Position numbers and translations under genes: made by a program. Below the pieces are notes generated by a model. That model made no database searches. It was not told the DNA's origin and was given only the letters and a program-made list of their open reading frames with translations. 64,000 nt of DNA from Octopus vulgaris (Eukaryota): contig OX597827.1 of NCBI GenBank assembly GCA_951406725.2, positions 59,892,001-59,956,000 of the forward strand, read 5' to 3'. Of the stretch, positions 1 to 13,864 are shown piece after piece. Within the stretch, counting starts at the first letter, position 1. Each line of letters begins with the position of its first letter.

Positions 1-2070
<2,070 letters not shown>

Positions 2071-2087
2071 TTCTTTTACTATATATA

Positions 2088-2998
2088 TAAATTAAATAAT
2101 AAGGGTAGAAATTGATATTAATCAATTAAAACCAGTGGCTTAGCATATTTTAAAAAATCCGAAGATTAAAAATTGTGTTACATACAAAATTAAGAGGAAT
2201 GACCACTAAAAGTGGACAGCCTATATGCTAAACATAGACGTCAAATCGCCATTACCACGAAGAATGTGTTCTCAAGAATACGTAGATATTAAAATGTGAA
2301 ACCAATTGGTACGTAGGTAATCGTTTGTATTTCCTATGTTTTTATTTGTCTTGCGTTTTGCTGAGAATTTTTTTTCTTGAGAACACATTCTTCGTGGTAA
2401 TGGTGATTTGACGTCTATGTTTAGCACATTAGGTGTCCAATTTAGTGGTCATTCCTCTTAATTTTGTATGTAACACAATTTTTAATCTTCGGATTTTTTT
2501 AAATATGCTAAGCCACTGGTTTTAATTGATTAACATCAATTTCTACCCTTATTTAATTTTAAATAAGAAAATGTTCTCCAGCCGGTACGTTGGCTGCTGA
2601 AATTTATTAACTGCAGAGTAATTTCCGGCCTCAGCGCGCCAAAGTGAAGGCATTTGAAAAAATACACCCAAATATAATTTGTAGAACATTACACATACTC
2701 GACTTCGGTTGAGCGTTCTGTATCAAGTTCTGGAAATTGTGTTTTATCAGCGACAGACTACGCTGACGATCTTGCAGATATCTGCGTGTTTATATACGTA
2801 GATATTAACAAGTGAAACCAATTGGTACACAGGTAATCGATTTTATTTCGTATGTTTTCATTTGTCGTGCTCATTTTTTACATTTTGGCATTTTGCTGAG
2901 ATTTTTTTTCTCGAGAACACATTCCTTGTGGTAATGGCGATTTGACGTCTATGTTTAGCATATAGGATGTCCACTTTAGTGGTCAGTCCTCTTAATTT

Positions 2999-3000
<2 letters not shown>
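2088..3000 (+). mobile_element. (TA)n-flanked hammerhead-containing element (Penelope-like or retrozyme-like) with partial tandem duplication and an inverted 5' arm
   Basis: 2090-2277 is the reverse complement of 2376-2556. 2278-2470 recurs at 2794-3000 (period about 516 nt). (TA)n on both sides. Confidence 0.75.
2758..2832 (+). ncRNA. Type I hammerhead ribozyme motif with long stem II
   Basis: ctacg CTGACGA [t cttg..atatctgcgtgt ttat atacgtagatat..caag t] GAAAC caattg GTA cacag. The duplicated copy at 2298-2316 ends GTA cgtag, which pairs perfectly with ctacg. Confidence 0.75.
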
Positions 3001-3051
<51 letters not shown>

Positions 3052-3053
<2 letters not shown>

Positions 3054-3490
3054 CACATACACAAGGTATATGTTTTGCTAGTTCGTGGGTAGGCTGTGCT
3101 TATAGGCGTAAGGGAATATATACTCATCAATGTACCTGGTGTTAAAACACCTGAAAGTGATAGACAAACGAGGTAATTCGCATGAGATCCCATTCAAAAG
3201 TGATAGTAATCGATGTTTCGTCATTTCTGTGACGTGTCAATACCGCGTATCCATAGCGGGACCCGATGTAAGCTAAATATTTCTCTATTACTATTTGAAA
3301 AATGGTGTAAGAACCATATGCCGGCATTTCCCAATGTTTCATACCGCGGAAAATATTGAAATATGACTTAGAAGCGGCTCAAAGGATATAAACAATACCG
3401 AATGCGTATACACAAGGTATGGGTTTTGCATGTTCGTTAGTAGTCTGCGCTTATAGGCGTAAGAGAATATATTCTCATCAATGTGCCTAT
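3052..3490 (-). mobile_element. Terminally redundant ~351-nt unit with degenerate hammerhead motif
   Basis: ~80-bp diverged direct repeat at 3057-3138 and 3408-3488. Minus strand 3206-3243 reads gta TTGACAC gtca cagaaa tgac GAAAC atcgat tac. Confidence 0.55.
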
Positions 3491-3734
3491 ATAAACATAA
3501 CATATATACTAGGCTTTAAACAAAATGCACTAGAGTTGATACATTTGACTAAATATTCTTCAATATATAAATATATATATATATATCCCCCTTATCTCCT
3601 CCCTCCTCCTCCCCTCTCCCCCTCATCTCCTCTCTCTACACTACACCATACGACTTTACACATCACATCATATATACATACACACGTCCAGACCTCTCAT
3701 ACGCACTACATACTCTCTCATACACACTCTTATG

Positions 3735-4035
3735 TTGGGGCGAGGTCATTTAACCCTGTTATCTCCCTAATTTTGCTCTTGCGTCTCACGTTTGATCTTT
3801 GACTTCTGGCCGAAATCAGATCGCCATGTTGATTCGCTAGCCTCTGCACGCATTTTTTTCTCTCCTTGTTTCTTTCTGTGTTTCTTTTCTGTGTATCTTT
3901 CTGTTGAAGAGCGTAGGCTCGAAACGTAAAAGACTTGTTTTATTTATATTCCTGAGCGCCATACTAAAACAATTGTTTGTTTGTATTCCACCTGCCTTCG
4001 TCTTTTGTTTATTTTCATAAAGCTTCCCGTTATAT
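3735..4035 (+). mobile_element. Hammerhead-bearing Penelope pLTR-like element (family H1) ending in (TA)n
   Basis: 3896-3933: tcttt CTGTTGA a gagc gtag gctc GAAAC GTA aaaga. Related copies at 22398-22580 (-), 26432-26630 (+), 40711-40770 (3' fragment) and 62452-62572 (-). Confidence 0.7.
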
Positions 4036-4040
4036 ATATA

Positions 4041-4169
4041 TAATCAGCCGAAATTACTACGATGATCCGGTTCTTGACTGAAGACTGAGGGTTTCGAATG
4101 TCCTGTCCGTGTTTATTGTATCGTCTTCTAAGAGTTATACGTTCTTGTCCATGTTGTATTTTTCTACAT

Positions 4170-4172
<3 letters not shown>
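4041..4172 (+). mobile_element. (TA)n-flanked structured repeat family (S1), 5'-truncated copy
   Basis: Homologous to 26121-26390 (-) and, more diverged, 17372-17620 (-). Confidence 0.7.
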
Positions 4173-4239
<67 letters not shown>

Positions 4240-4775
4240 TGTATGTATGTATGTATGTATGTATGTATGTGACACACGATGCTGATAGAATTGTAACATA
4301 CACGCGCGCGCGCACACACACTCACACACACAAACATACCTGACGCTTTATCGTGATGTCTGAGAATCCATCAACCAATTTAGTTTGGAATCTCACATCC
4401 GACATTGCCTCAACAAGAGGAAAAAATGTGGTGGCAGTTGGATGGTATAGGCAGGAGTAGAAAATGTGCCGCAGAGGGAGGTAATTCATTACAGTAATAG
4501 GAGGAGGAGGAGTGTAGGAATGGGAGGGTGGGTGGTCGAGGTCGGATGACTTGAGGAACAGTGGTGGAATGTTGTCGGGATAATGGTCCTTAAATCAACC
4601 ACGTAGTCTCCTTGTCCAGCCCCGCCTCTTCCTACCGTCTTGCATGAAGCACGCGAGGTTACACTCATAAACAGATACGCACGGGCGCGCACACAGACAC
4701 ACAGATACACACACACAAACACACATGACACACATACGCACACACACACACACTTTGAGAGGAACACATACTAGT

Positions 4776-5369
4776 TTCAAATTTGGCACAAGGCCAGCAA
4801 TTTCGGGGTAGGGAAAAGTCGATTACATTAACCCCAGTGCTCAACAAGAACTTATTTTATCGACCTCGAATGGATGAAAGGCAAAGTGGACCTCAACGGA
4901 ATTTGAAATCAGAGCGTAAAGACGGATGAAATACCGATAAGCATTTTGACCGAGGTGCTAACGATACTGCCAGAATGCCACTTTACTCAAGTTTTAGTAC
5001 AAGACCAGCATTTCGGGAGAAGGGGTTAAGCCGATTAAATCGACCCCACTGCTCAGCTGGTACTTTATTTTATCGACTTCGAAAGGAGGAAACATGAAGT
5101 CGACCTCGGTAGAATTTTGTCCGGCGTGCTGACGTTTCTTATTTCTTTATTGCCCACAAGAGGCTACACACACAGTGGATAAACAAGGACAGACAAACGG
5201 ATTAAGTGGATAACATCGACCCCCAGTGCGTAGCTGGTACTTAATTTATCGACTCCGAAAGGATGAAAGGCAAAGTCGACCTCGGCGGAATTTGAGCTCA
5301 GAATGTAAAGATAGACGAAATAACGCTAAGCATTTCGCTCGGCGTGCTAACGTTTCTGCCAGCTCGCCG
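4776..5369 (-). mobile_element. Cluster of three partial or complete tRNA-derived SINE copies (family A)
   Basis: Reverse complement of ggcgagctggcagaaacgttagcacgccg...gagttcaaattccgccgaggtcgactttgcctttcatcctttcggggtcgataaa. Many copies in the window. Confidence 0.85.
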
Positions 5370-5485
5370 CTTTTTGCAGCGATATTATGGCTGTATACTC
5401 CAACTGGTGTGTCACTTCTATGACATATTGACAGATAAACATATATGCAAACACACACACACATATACATATATCTACACATATA

Positions 5486-6180
5486 TTGGGTCCCATAAAT
5501 AATACGGTTTTTTAAGCTTTTATTTTCCAAAATTAAGATAAAAACAGTTCTTTTTTCATCTAAAATATACTCTCCTTATTTTTCTACTATGTTCTTCCAT
5601 CTATCTGATAGACTTGCAAGGCCCCTCTTCCAAAATTCACTTGTTCGCAACGAAAAATACTCCACCTCGTCTACAGAATTCATTTTTTCTGTTCAAATGA
5701 TTTTGAAGACTGCGGAATAGATGATAATCAGATGGGGCAATGTTCGGCGAATATGGTGGGTAGGGCATACTTTCTCATTCAAACTGCGCCAGTCTTTGGA
5801 ATGTTATCCTCTCTACATGTGGCTGTGCATTATCCTGATGGAAGAACACCTTTCATCTTGAAACCAAAGATGGTCGTTTTTCTACTAGCGCAGGTGTCGA
5901 TGAATGGTTGAATGACCAAATCCAAGCTTCTATGCTAGTTCCTCAACAGTTACGATGGGATTTTGTTCCACCAGGGTTTACAGGACGTCCACGTCAAGCT
6001 CTACAGATCTTCCAGGACGCGGCTCGTCTTCTAGACTGTAGTTTCCGGCTCGAAATTTCTGAAACCACCGTTGACACTGGATTATGCTTATTGTCCGATC
6101 CTCATATACTGCATTAATATTCCTCACACTTTCCGTTGCATTGTTGCCTTTATTGAACTCTTAAAGCAAAATATGCCCAT
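5486..6180 (-). pseudogene. Decayed, internally deleted mariner (DD34D) transposase and transposon end
   Basis: Minus-strand translation gives N-terminal ..CQRWFQKFRAGNYSLEDEPRPGR and C-terminal VFFHQDNAQPH..PPYSPNIAPSDYHLFRSLQNHL, with 34 residues between the two D's and in-frame stops. TIR-like ttgggtcccataaataa follows TA at 5486. Confidence 0.9.
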
Positions 6181-7108
6181 ACATAAATATATATGCACGT
6201 ATGTACAAGACTAGCTTAAATTGCCCGCCAAACATCTCCAAGCGCGATATGGTCAAAATAAACACCGCAGTGAATACAATGACGAATTATATAAATTTAT
6301 AAATAAGGATAATATCGATCTTATCAAGTGGCCAGCATGGGAATAAATACCATACAAAGGTAATAATTATTTAAAACTATAATTTAGGGTATCTGAGAGA
6401 TACCACCATGCTGAAATAGCAGGCGCGATATGAACATTTAAGGTAGTTTTAGGGGTCAGGGTTTTGAGTGCTACCAAGATTTGGTATGTTGTGTCATTTA
6501 AACCTAGATCAAATGTAGTCGAACATACCTAAAATCAAAAGCTATCTCACTATGGTCATTTCCATCATTTTCCCGTATGCAGGAGGATACCTAAAACCAA
6601 GAGGATGTCCTTTGCAGAAAAGACAAGAGAATGTCGTTCGGGAAAATTTTTGCTGTAATTTCTAGCAGATTATCTGATCTCGTATAGCCCACTTCGCTTG
6701 CTTGAATGATTTATGTAAAATGCTTATATCTAATGTGTGTATTATGATTTATACAGTTTATGTAAAATGTTTATGTATAATATGTATATGTGTTTATGTG
6801 TGTATAGTGGCTTTTTAATTCATTGTTTATGTTCGTCTCTTTGGAAGTAAAGCAAGCGGCGCCCCACTCTATTAATAACCTATTTATATATACTCATGTA
6901 CAAACAGTACATATGTATTTGTGTATATGTGTGTATAGACATGTATTCGCGTACGAGCTCACACACACACACACACACACACATTAAAATGATACACTCT
7001 GAGGCTGAGTTGTATACATTTAATCTAAATGATAACACATCTATCTATCAATCTTTACCCCACCTCTCTCACTCTCGCTCGCTTTCTCTATTTCTCTATC
7101 TCCCTATG

Positions 7109-7186
<78 letters not shown>

Positions 7187-7442
7187 TATATGTTTGTGTG
7201 CGTGGGTATCTATAACCTATATAGGTATATATTTAACGTGTGGGTGAGCGAATATATATGTTAGAATGCGTGTCGTTTGTTTGTTAAACTGAAAGCATGC
7301 TTAGATAGAAAGACTCGGGAGGTTTATATGTTACGTTCCATTCGCAGGAGGTCTACACAATAAACTTTATTATCCTGGCTGTCTACTCCATAATTTATTA
7401 TCGCTCATATTCCTTATATTTTCCATACATGCATATGCATAC

Positions 7443-7488
<46 letters not shown>

Positions 7489-7515
7489 GTGTGTATGTAT
7501 ATGTATGTATGTATG

Positions 7516-7570
<55 letters not shown>

Positions 7571-7603
7571 TTATATATTTATATATATATACATATATAC
7601 ATA

Positions 7604-7647
<44 letters not shown>

Positions 7648-7814
7648 TATGAATGTATCTTTGTGTCTGTGTTTCGTTTGTCTCTCCACCACCGCCTGGC
7701 AGCCAGTGTTGGTGTGTTAACGTCCCAGTAAACTAGCGCCAACAAACACATAAAATTTAAAATTGAACACCCAGATGAGTCCGAAACCCTCTCTCTATCT
7801 CTCTCTCTCGATTT

Positions 7815-8028
7815 CCACAATGGGCTAAACACAGAGAGGACAAACAAGGACAAACAAACGGATTAAGTCGATTATATCGACCCCAGTACTTAACTGATAT
7901 TTATTTAATCGACCCCGAAAGGATGAAAGGTATAGTCGACCTCGGCGGAATTTGAACTCAGAACGTAACGGCAGACGAAATACCGCTAAGCATTTCGCCC
8001 GACGTGGTAACGTTTCTGCCAGCTCGCC
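7815..8028 (-). mobile_element. SINE family A
   Basis: Near-full match to other family A copies. Confidence 0.9.
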
Positions 8029-8139
8029 ACTACCTTTCGCCAAACGGTTGCTGAAGTTAGTAAACCTCATAAGAAACACCGTTATCCAAGTTGGACATGT
8101 ACTTTCTAAAACTACCCTATTTCAACAACAGAACTTTTA

Positions 8140-8356
8140 TAGGGGGATGCTTAAAATTTCCTGGCTTTGGGTGAAAGAAAATACTTGAAAGTCAGTTAAT
8201 TATGATTTTATTCAGCATATTTCTCTCTCAGATTCACACACTAATTATAGTGGTCCTTTAGTGTTTCTAAGCCCTGTAAAAGAACCCGGAAGGTTGGGCC
8301 TACAACCAGGCCTTTCACGACACCCTTAAAGCCAGAAACTTTTCAACAACTTCTCG
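8140..8356. mobile_element. Mariner-type MITE
   Basis: Diverged TIRs agggggatgcttaaaatttcctggcttt and aaagccagaaacttttcaacaacttctcg, with TA adjacent. Confidence 0.65.
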
Positions 8357-8919
8357 TATTGCTATATGTTATGCAATCTGCAAAGGAGGACTTAACATAC
8401 AGTTGGGCTCACCGGGCCATCTCTGGAGAAATTTCTGTTCAGAAATTATACCACATATAGCATCGTGGGATGTACACTATATAATTAACTTACTATATAA
8501 CTTAACTTACCAGAAATGGCCTGAACTCTTTGCATGAACACGCTCCCTGTACATAACTCCATGTCCCCCTACATGGCCTTGCTTTTGCTTTTTGCGCGAA
8601 AAATTAACTTAACTTAACTTAATTGCATCATCAACAACTTCGAACTGTGCTCAGGGGCCTACGTGATATACGAGGTGGTCTTACATTAGGAGTACCACTA
8701 GAAAACTGAACATTTAGCATGAAGGAACACGTGTGCATAAACACTTCAATCAGAAATTCAGACCCAGGACTTTGTAGTATCTGTGAGGGCCACTCAACGT
8801 AAAACAAGCAATATTAGAATAGTGGACCTCTTTATTAAGAAACTGGGGCCACACATACACACACGCGCGCGCGCACACACGCACGCGCACACACACACAT
8901 GCATATATAAATATATATA

Positions 8920-8975
<56 letters not shown>

Positions 8976-8990
8976 CATGTACATGTACAT

Positions 8991-9062
<72 letters not shown>

Positions 9063-9380
9063 GTAGGTACGTACGTAGGTAAGTAGGTAGGTAGGCGGGT
9101 GGGTGGGTAGGTAGGTAGGTAGATATGTATGTATGTAGTATGAATCTTTGTGAATCTAACTCACACACACATATATATATATATATATACACACACATTC
9201 ACACACACACATATACATATATGAAATGCTTATATTTTTTCCTTTTCTTTTCCTCCTCTTCTCTCCCCATGCTTTGTTCTCTTACTAACAGCCCTTCAGA
9301 TCCCGTTCAGGATTAACGGATTAAGGATTTGATGATTCTATATGATGCTAAGATGATCAGGGATTCGGGAACACACACAG

Positions 9381-9432
<52 letters not shown>

Positions 9433-9765
9433 ACACGCACACACACTCATAGCCATACATTCATACACATACATATGCACGCTTATATGATCGTATACAC
9501 ATATACAACACATACACAACAAATATAGATGCACAGGTGCTCGCATATAATACAGGTATACATGCGTATACATAGACAATTACTCACACGTGAAAAGATG
9601 GTCGCATAATATAAGTATGTATGTACATATAAACACGTGCATGCGCCTACACACACATAATAACATACACTTGTATGTATATGTATAAGTATGAAGGTGA
9701 GTAGATAAATATAAGACATAATTGCAAGCAGGCATACGGGTATGTATGGAGAATTAGGGGTGTGG

Positions 9766-9816
<51 letters not shown>

Positions 9817-10070
9817 GAAATAGGTTTGCTTGCTTGGTGTGTACGTATACAAGTATATATACATGCATGTGACTATGTACGTAGGTATGTATGAGTATAT
9901 GTATGTAGATATATATGTATGTATGTAGGAAGGTAGTCAGGGTGATAGATTAGGCGGTATGTGTGTATGTATGTGTGTATATATGTGCATATTTTATGTA
10001 TGTCATTGGACACATATTTCTGCATGTATGTATGTGTATGTATATATATATATGTATATCAATATATACA

Positions 10071-10107
<37 letters not shown>

Positions 10108-10118
10108 GCATATATATA

Positions 10119-10171
<53 letters not shown>

Positions 10172-10557
10172 CAGGGACGTGCCGCCTAGGTAGACAAGGT
10201 AGGCTGTACCTACCTTGAATAAAATAGATCGATAGCAATATTTTCGTTTTATGGCAACCTACTTCAATAAAATTATGAAGGTTACTCGGACTACTATGCT
10301 TAAAATGCAAAATATTTTATTTTGTGGTAGATCAGGTAGGCGTAATTTGCCCCTGCTTTTCAATCTCAGTATTTCAGCTACGCATAGTACTGCTGTAGTA
10401 CATGTGCTGCGTACGCTCCTACAACAAAGTTTTCATTAAGTGTTATAAAGGCACAAGTAAATCTGCTTTCAACTCAGTAACGAGCATGTGACACGCTTAT
10501 TTTACTACATAAACGTCACCAGCTGCCTACTGAGTAATTACTGATGGCACGTGCCTG
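10172..10557. mobile_element. MITE with CAGG termini (hAT-like)
   Basis: TIRs cagggacgtgcc and ggcacgtgcctg, plus repeated subterminal ggtaggc/gcctac. No clear TSD because it sits in a microsatellite. Confidence 0.55.
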
Positions 10558-10624
10558 ATTTATATATATATATATATATATATATGGCTCAGTGGTTAGA
10601 TATATATATATATATATATATATA

Positions 10625-10948
10625 TGGCTCAGTGGTTAGATCGTCGAGCTTACGATCGTGACGTTGTGAGCTCGAATCCCGGACCGGGCTGCGTGTTGTG
10701 TTCTTGAGCAAGGCACTTTATTTCACGTTGCTGCAGTTCACTCAGCTGTAGAAATGAGTTGCGACGTCACTGGTGCCAAGCTGTATCGACCTTTGTCTTT
10801 CCCTTGGATAACACTGGTGGCGTGGAGAGGGGAGGCTGGTATGCATGGGCGACTGCTGGTCTTCCATAAACAACCTTGCCCGGACTTGTGTCTAGGTGGG
10901 TAACTTTCTAGGTGCAATCCCATGGTCATTCATGACCGAAGGGGGTCT
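10625..10948 (+). mobile_element. tRNA-derived SINE family B
   Basis: A-box tggctcagtggttaga and B-box-like gctcgaatcc. Copies at 15396-15728 (-) and split at 49155-49830 (-). Confidence 0.9.
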
Positions 10949-10949
10949 T

Positions 10950-11018
<69 letters not shown>

Positions 11019-11046
11019 AAGTTGGTTTGTGAAAGCACGTGGGTGA

Positions 11047-11423
11047 ATATATAGAAAATAGTAAAGAGTGAAAAAACTACAGAATGCTTAAATGTTAAAA
11101 AATATATATATTTGCGTCAATATGTCTGAAGAATATTAGAAAATTTTTTTTTAATTTTTTTCTCTTATAATGACATAATTTAAAAGAAAGACCGGTTTCG
11201 CGTGTAGCTTTTCAAATTTCTTGCGACGTTATATTTCTTGCGATGATAACGTCGCAAGAAATGTGAAAAGCTACACGCGAAACCGGTATTTCTTTTAAAT
11301 TATGTCATTATAAGAGAAAAACATTTTTTTTTAAATTTTCTAATATTCTTCAGACATATTGACGCAAATATATATATTTTTTAACATTTAAGCCTTCTGT
11401 AGTTTTTTCACTCTTTACTATTT

Positions 11424-11430
<7 letters not shown>
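11047..11430. mobile_element. Fold-back element with paired U3-A8 hammerhead motifs
   Basis: ~185-bp near-perfect inverted arms around 11232-11245. Minus 11186-11220 reads gaaat TTGAAAA gc tacac gc GAAAC cg GTC tttc. The mirror copy at 11258-11292 has GTGAAAA. Confidence 0.75.
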
Positions 11431-11459
<29 letters not shown>

Positions 11460-11463
<4 letters not shown>

Positions 11464-12316
11464 TTGGCCCAGGCCATATCTAACTTAACAGCACCACCTG
11501 TCGAAGTCAATCAAATCGGGATTCGAACAACATGGTACACTCAAGTAGAGAGTTATTGTGTTTTCGGAGACATATCCGGGTGCGGTCCGTGAACTTATTT
11601 CGAAATTTCCGGGCGGTGACTCCGATTAGAGCAAGTGGTATTTAACTACCCTACTGAATCTAAATTTAGCTTATATTCTGCCTGTAAAGGTGTAAACTTG
11701 CTAGCCACCTGACTATTATCATTACTACGGCGAACTGGCAGAAACGTTAGCACGCCGGGCTGAATGCTTAGCAGTATTTCGTCCGTCTTTACGTTCTGGG
11801 TTCTAATTCCGCCGTGATCGACTTTGCCTTTTATCCTTTCGGGGTCGATAAATTAAGTACCAGTTACTCACTAGGTCGATGTAATCGAATTAATCCGTTT
11901 GTCTGTCCTTGTTTGTCCTCTCTGTGTTTAGCCCCTTGTGGGTAGCAAAGAAATAGGTAATAATCCTTCTTTATTTAAATTTATACCGGCTCACGATGGT
12001 TTTGTCTTAAATATCACGGGGACGTTTAAAGTAAACAACGCACACGAGGTAATGTGATGAATATTTCAGAAATACATGCTAAAAATGTTTTTTTTCAATT
12101 GACGATTCCAGAGTATGTTTGTCATATAGACAGTGAAATCAACTGATATTGAAATATACATTCCTTACTTATGTATTCCACGCAAGGTAAGCCTGTTTCT
12201 CCTATGCTCATTGCATTGCCCGTGTGGATCTTAATAGTGAGTTACTGGTGTTTTTCAAGCGATGGCTCAGGTTATAGCAAGTGGTATCTAAATACCCTAC
12301 TAAATCTAAATTTAGT
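11460..12316 (+). mobile_element. Terminally redundant hammerhead element interrupted by a SINE
   Basis: Diverged ~55-bp direct repeat at 11613-11670 and 12259-12316. Hammerhead 12093-12154 reads tttcaa TTGACGA [degenerate stem II] GAA atca ac tgat A ttgaaa. (TA)n on both sides. Confidence 0.6.
11728..11957 (+). mobile_element. SINE family A
   Basis: Full head, core and tail ttgtcctctctgtgtttagccccttgtgggtagcaaagaaata. Confidence 0.9.
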
Positions 12317-12362
12317 ATATATATATATATATATTAGGTTTGGAGATGATGTACAGGTATTC

Positions 12363-12618
12363 TATATTAGAAGAAATAAGGTACTCAGAAATGTGGATGG
12401 TTTTATATTTACAGATATTTATTAGTATGTTACATGTTTTTATAAATCATATATCATATATCATTTATTAGCGCTTTTGTCCATTCTAGTGGAGTCTTCA
12501 ATTCGAAGACTCCACTAATATATGATATATAATATATGATGTATAAAAACATGTAACATACTAATAAATATCTGTAAATATAAAACCATCCGGATTTCTG
12601 AGTACCTCATTTCTTCTA

Positions 12619-12624
<6 letters not shown>
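12363..12624. mobile_element. Fold-back element with degenerate hammerhead
   Basis: Arms at about 12363-12455 and 12530-12624, with inner hairpin 12487-12517. Minus 12466-12504 reads TTGAAGA c tcca ctagaa tgga c AAAA gcgc TA (GAAA to AAAA, consistent with CpG decay). Confidence 0.65.
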
Positions 12625-12671
<47 letters not shown>

Positions 12672-12675
<4 letters not shown>

Positions 12676-12798
12676 ATTAAGAGAAATAACCTCTATTAAG
12701 CAATTCAATAGTGAAAGGCATTATCCGTATTAAATAGAAAAAATTTAGATATTTTCACTATTGAATTACTTAATAGAGTTTATTTCTATTAATTATAT
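12672..12798. repeat. Short AT-rich inverted repeat
   Basis: ctctattaagcaattcaatagtgaaa pairs with tttcactattgaattacttaatagag. Confidence 0.7.
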
Positions 12799-13149
12799 AC
12801 ATATATTATATATTGAGAAATTTGATTTAGAATTGCTAAATTGAATTTTTCCCTGTAAGTTTGGAATTATATTCCCTACTATTATATATATATACTGTGC
12901 AAATAATAAGGGTAGAAAATTTAGAAAAAATTGCATACCGGTGGCTAACATGCGTAATAAGGTTATTAGACAACATATTAAGGATAAGCGTATTAAAAGA
13001 GGTCCGTGAGAAAACTCATTTAAATAGTAGGGTTGGGAACCACTGCTCGAAATAATAGTATATGAATACTAGACCTTCGTGGGTTTCTATCTAAAAGGGT
13101 TCTTTATCCATCCCAATACTTACATGTTATTATTTATATGTTGTTATAA

Positions 13150-13360
13150 GGCAGCGGGTTGGCAGACTCGTTTGCACGCCGGGCGAAATATTTAGCGACA
13201 TTTATCCCATCTTTGCGCTCCGAGTTCAAATTCCGCTGCGGTCGACTTTGCCTTTCATTCTTTTGGAGATCGATAAATTAAGTACCAGTTGCGTACTAGG
13301 GTCGATCTAATCGACTAGCCCCTCTATTAAAATTTCAGGCTTTGTGCATATATTAGAAAG
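13150..13360 (+). mobile_element. SINE family A with alternative tail
   Basis: Same head and core; tail aaatttcaggctttgtgcatatattagaaag. Confidence 0.8.
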
Positions 13361-13864
13361 CATTATTCATTGCTTTGTATGTAATTCTATAATCAATATA
13401 TATATGTGTGCGTGCATAAGTATCTATCCTTTTACGTATACTTGTGAACATACATATATACACACATTCATTTGACTGTTCATAGAATCTGCATGGACAT
13501 AGACGAAACAAAGACATCAAAAATCATAGGGGAAAACAACAAAAACAACAACAAGCAAGCAAATGCAAAGAAGAAAATGTTGCGTGTGTTGAGAGTTTCA
13601 AGCAACACCTATAGATTTCATGACATCGCCCATATCTTCCTCAAACACGAAACATCAACCACGCCTTCGTCCTCACGTACATAGTCATCACAACCACAAT
13701 AACAACGACAACAACTTCAGTAACAACAAGACTATCAGGAATCTTCTAGATCAATGATTCTCAATCGGGATCGATACGCCCCCTGGGGGTCCGTTTAAGA
13801 ATTTGCTGTTAAAATTTGCGTAGTAAATTGTTTATATAGTTACAATATGCAAAATATTATCATA

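Noticed and set aside
10625-10690. SINE heads as functional tRNA genes
   Set aside because: A and B boxes are present but there is no intact cloverleaf, and they are attached to SINE bodies.
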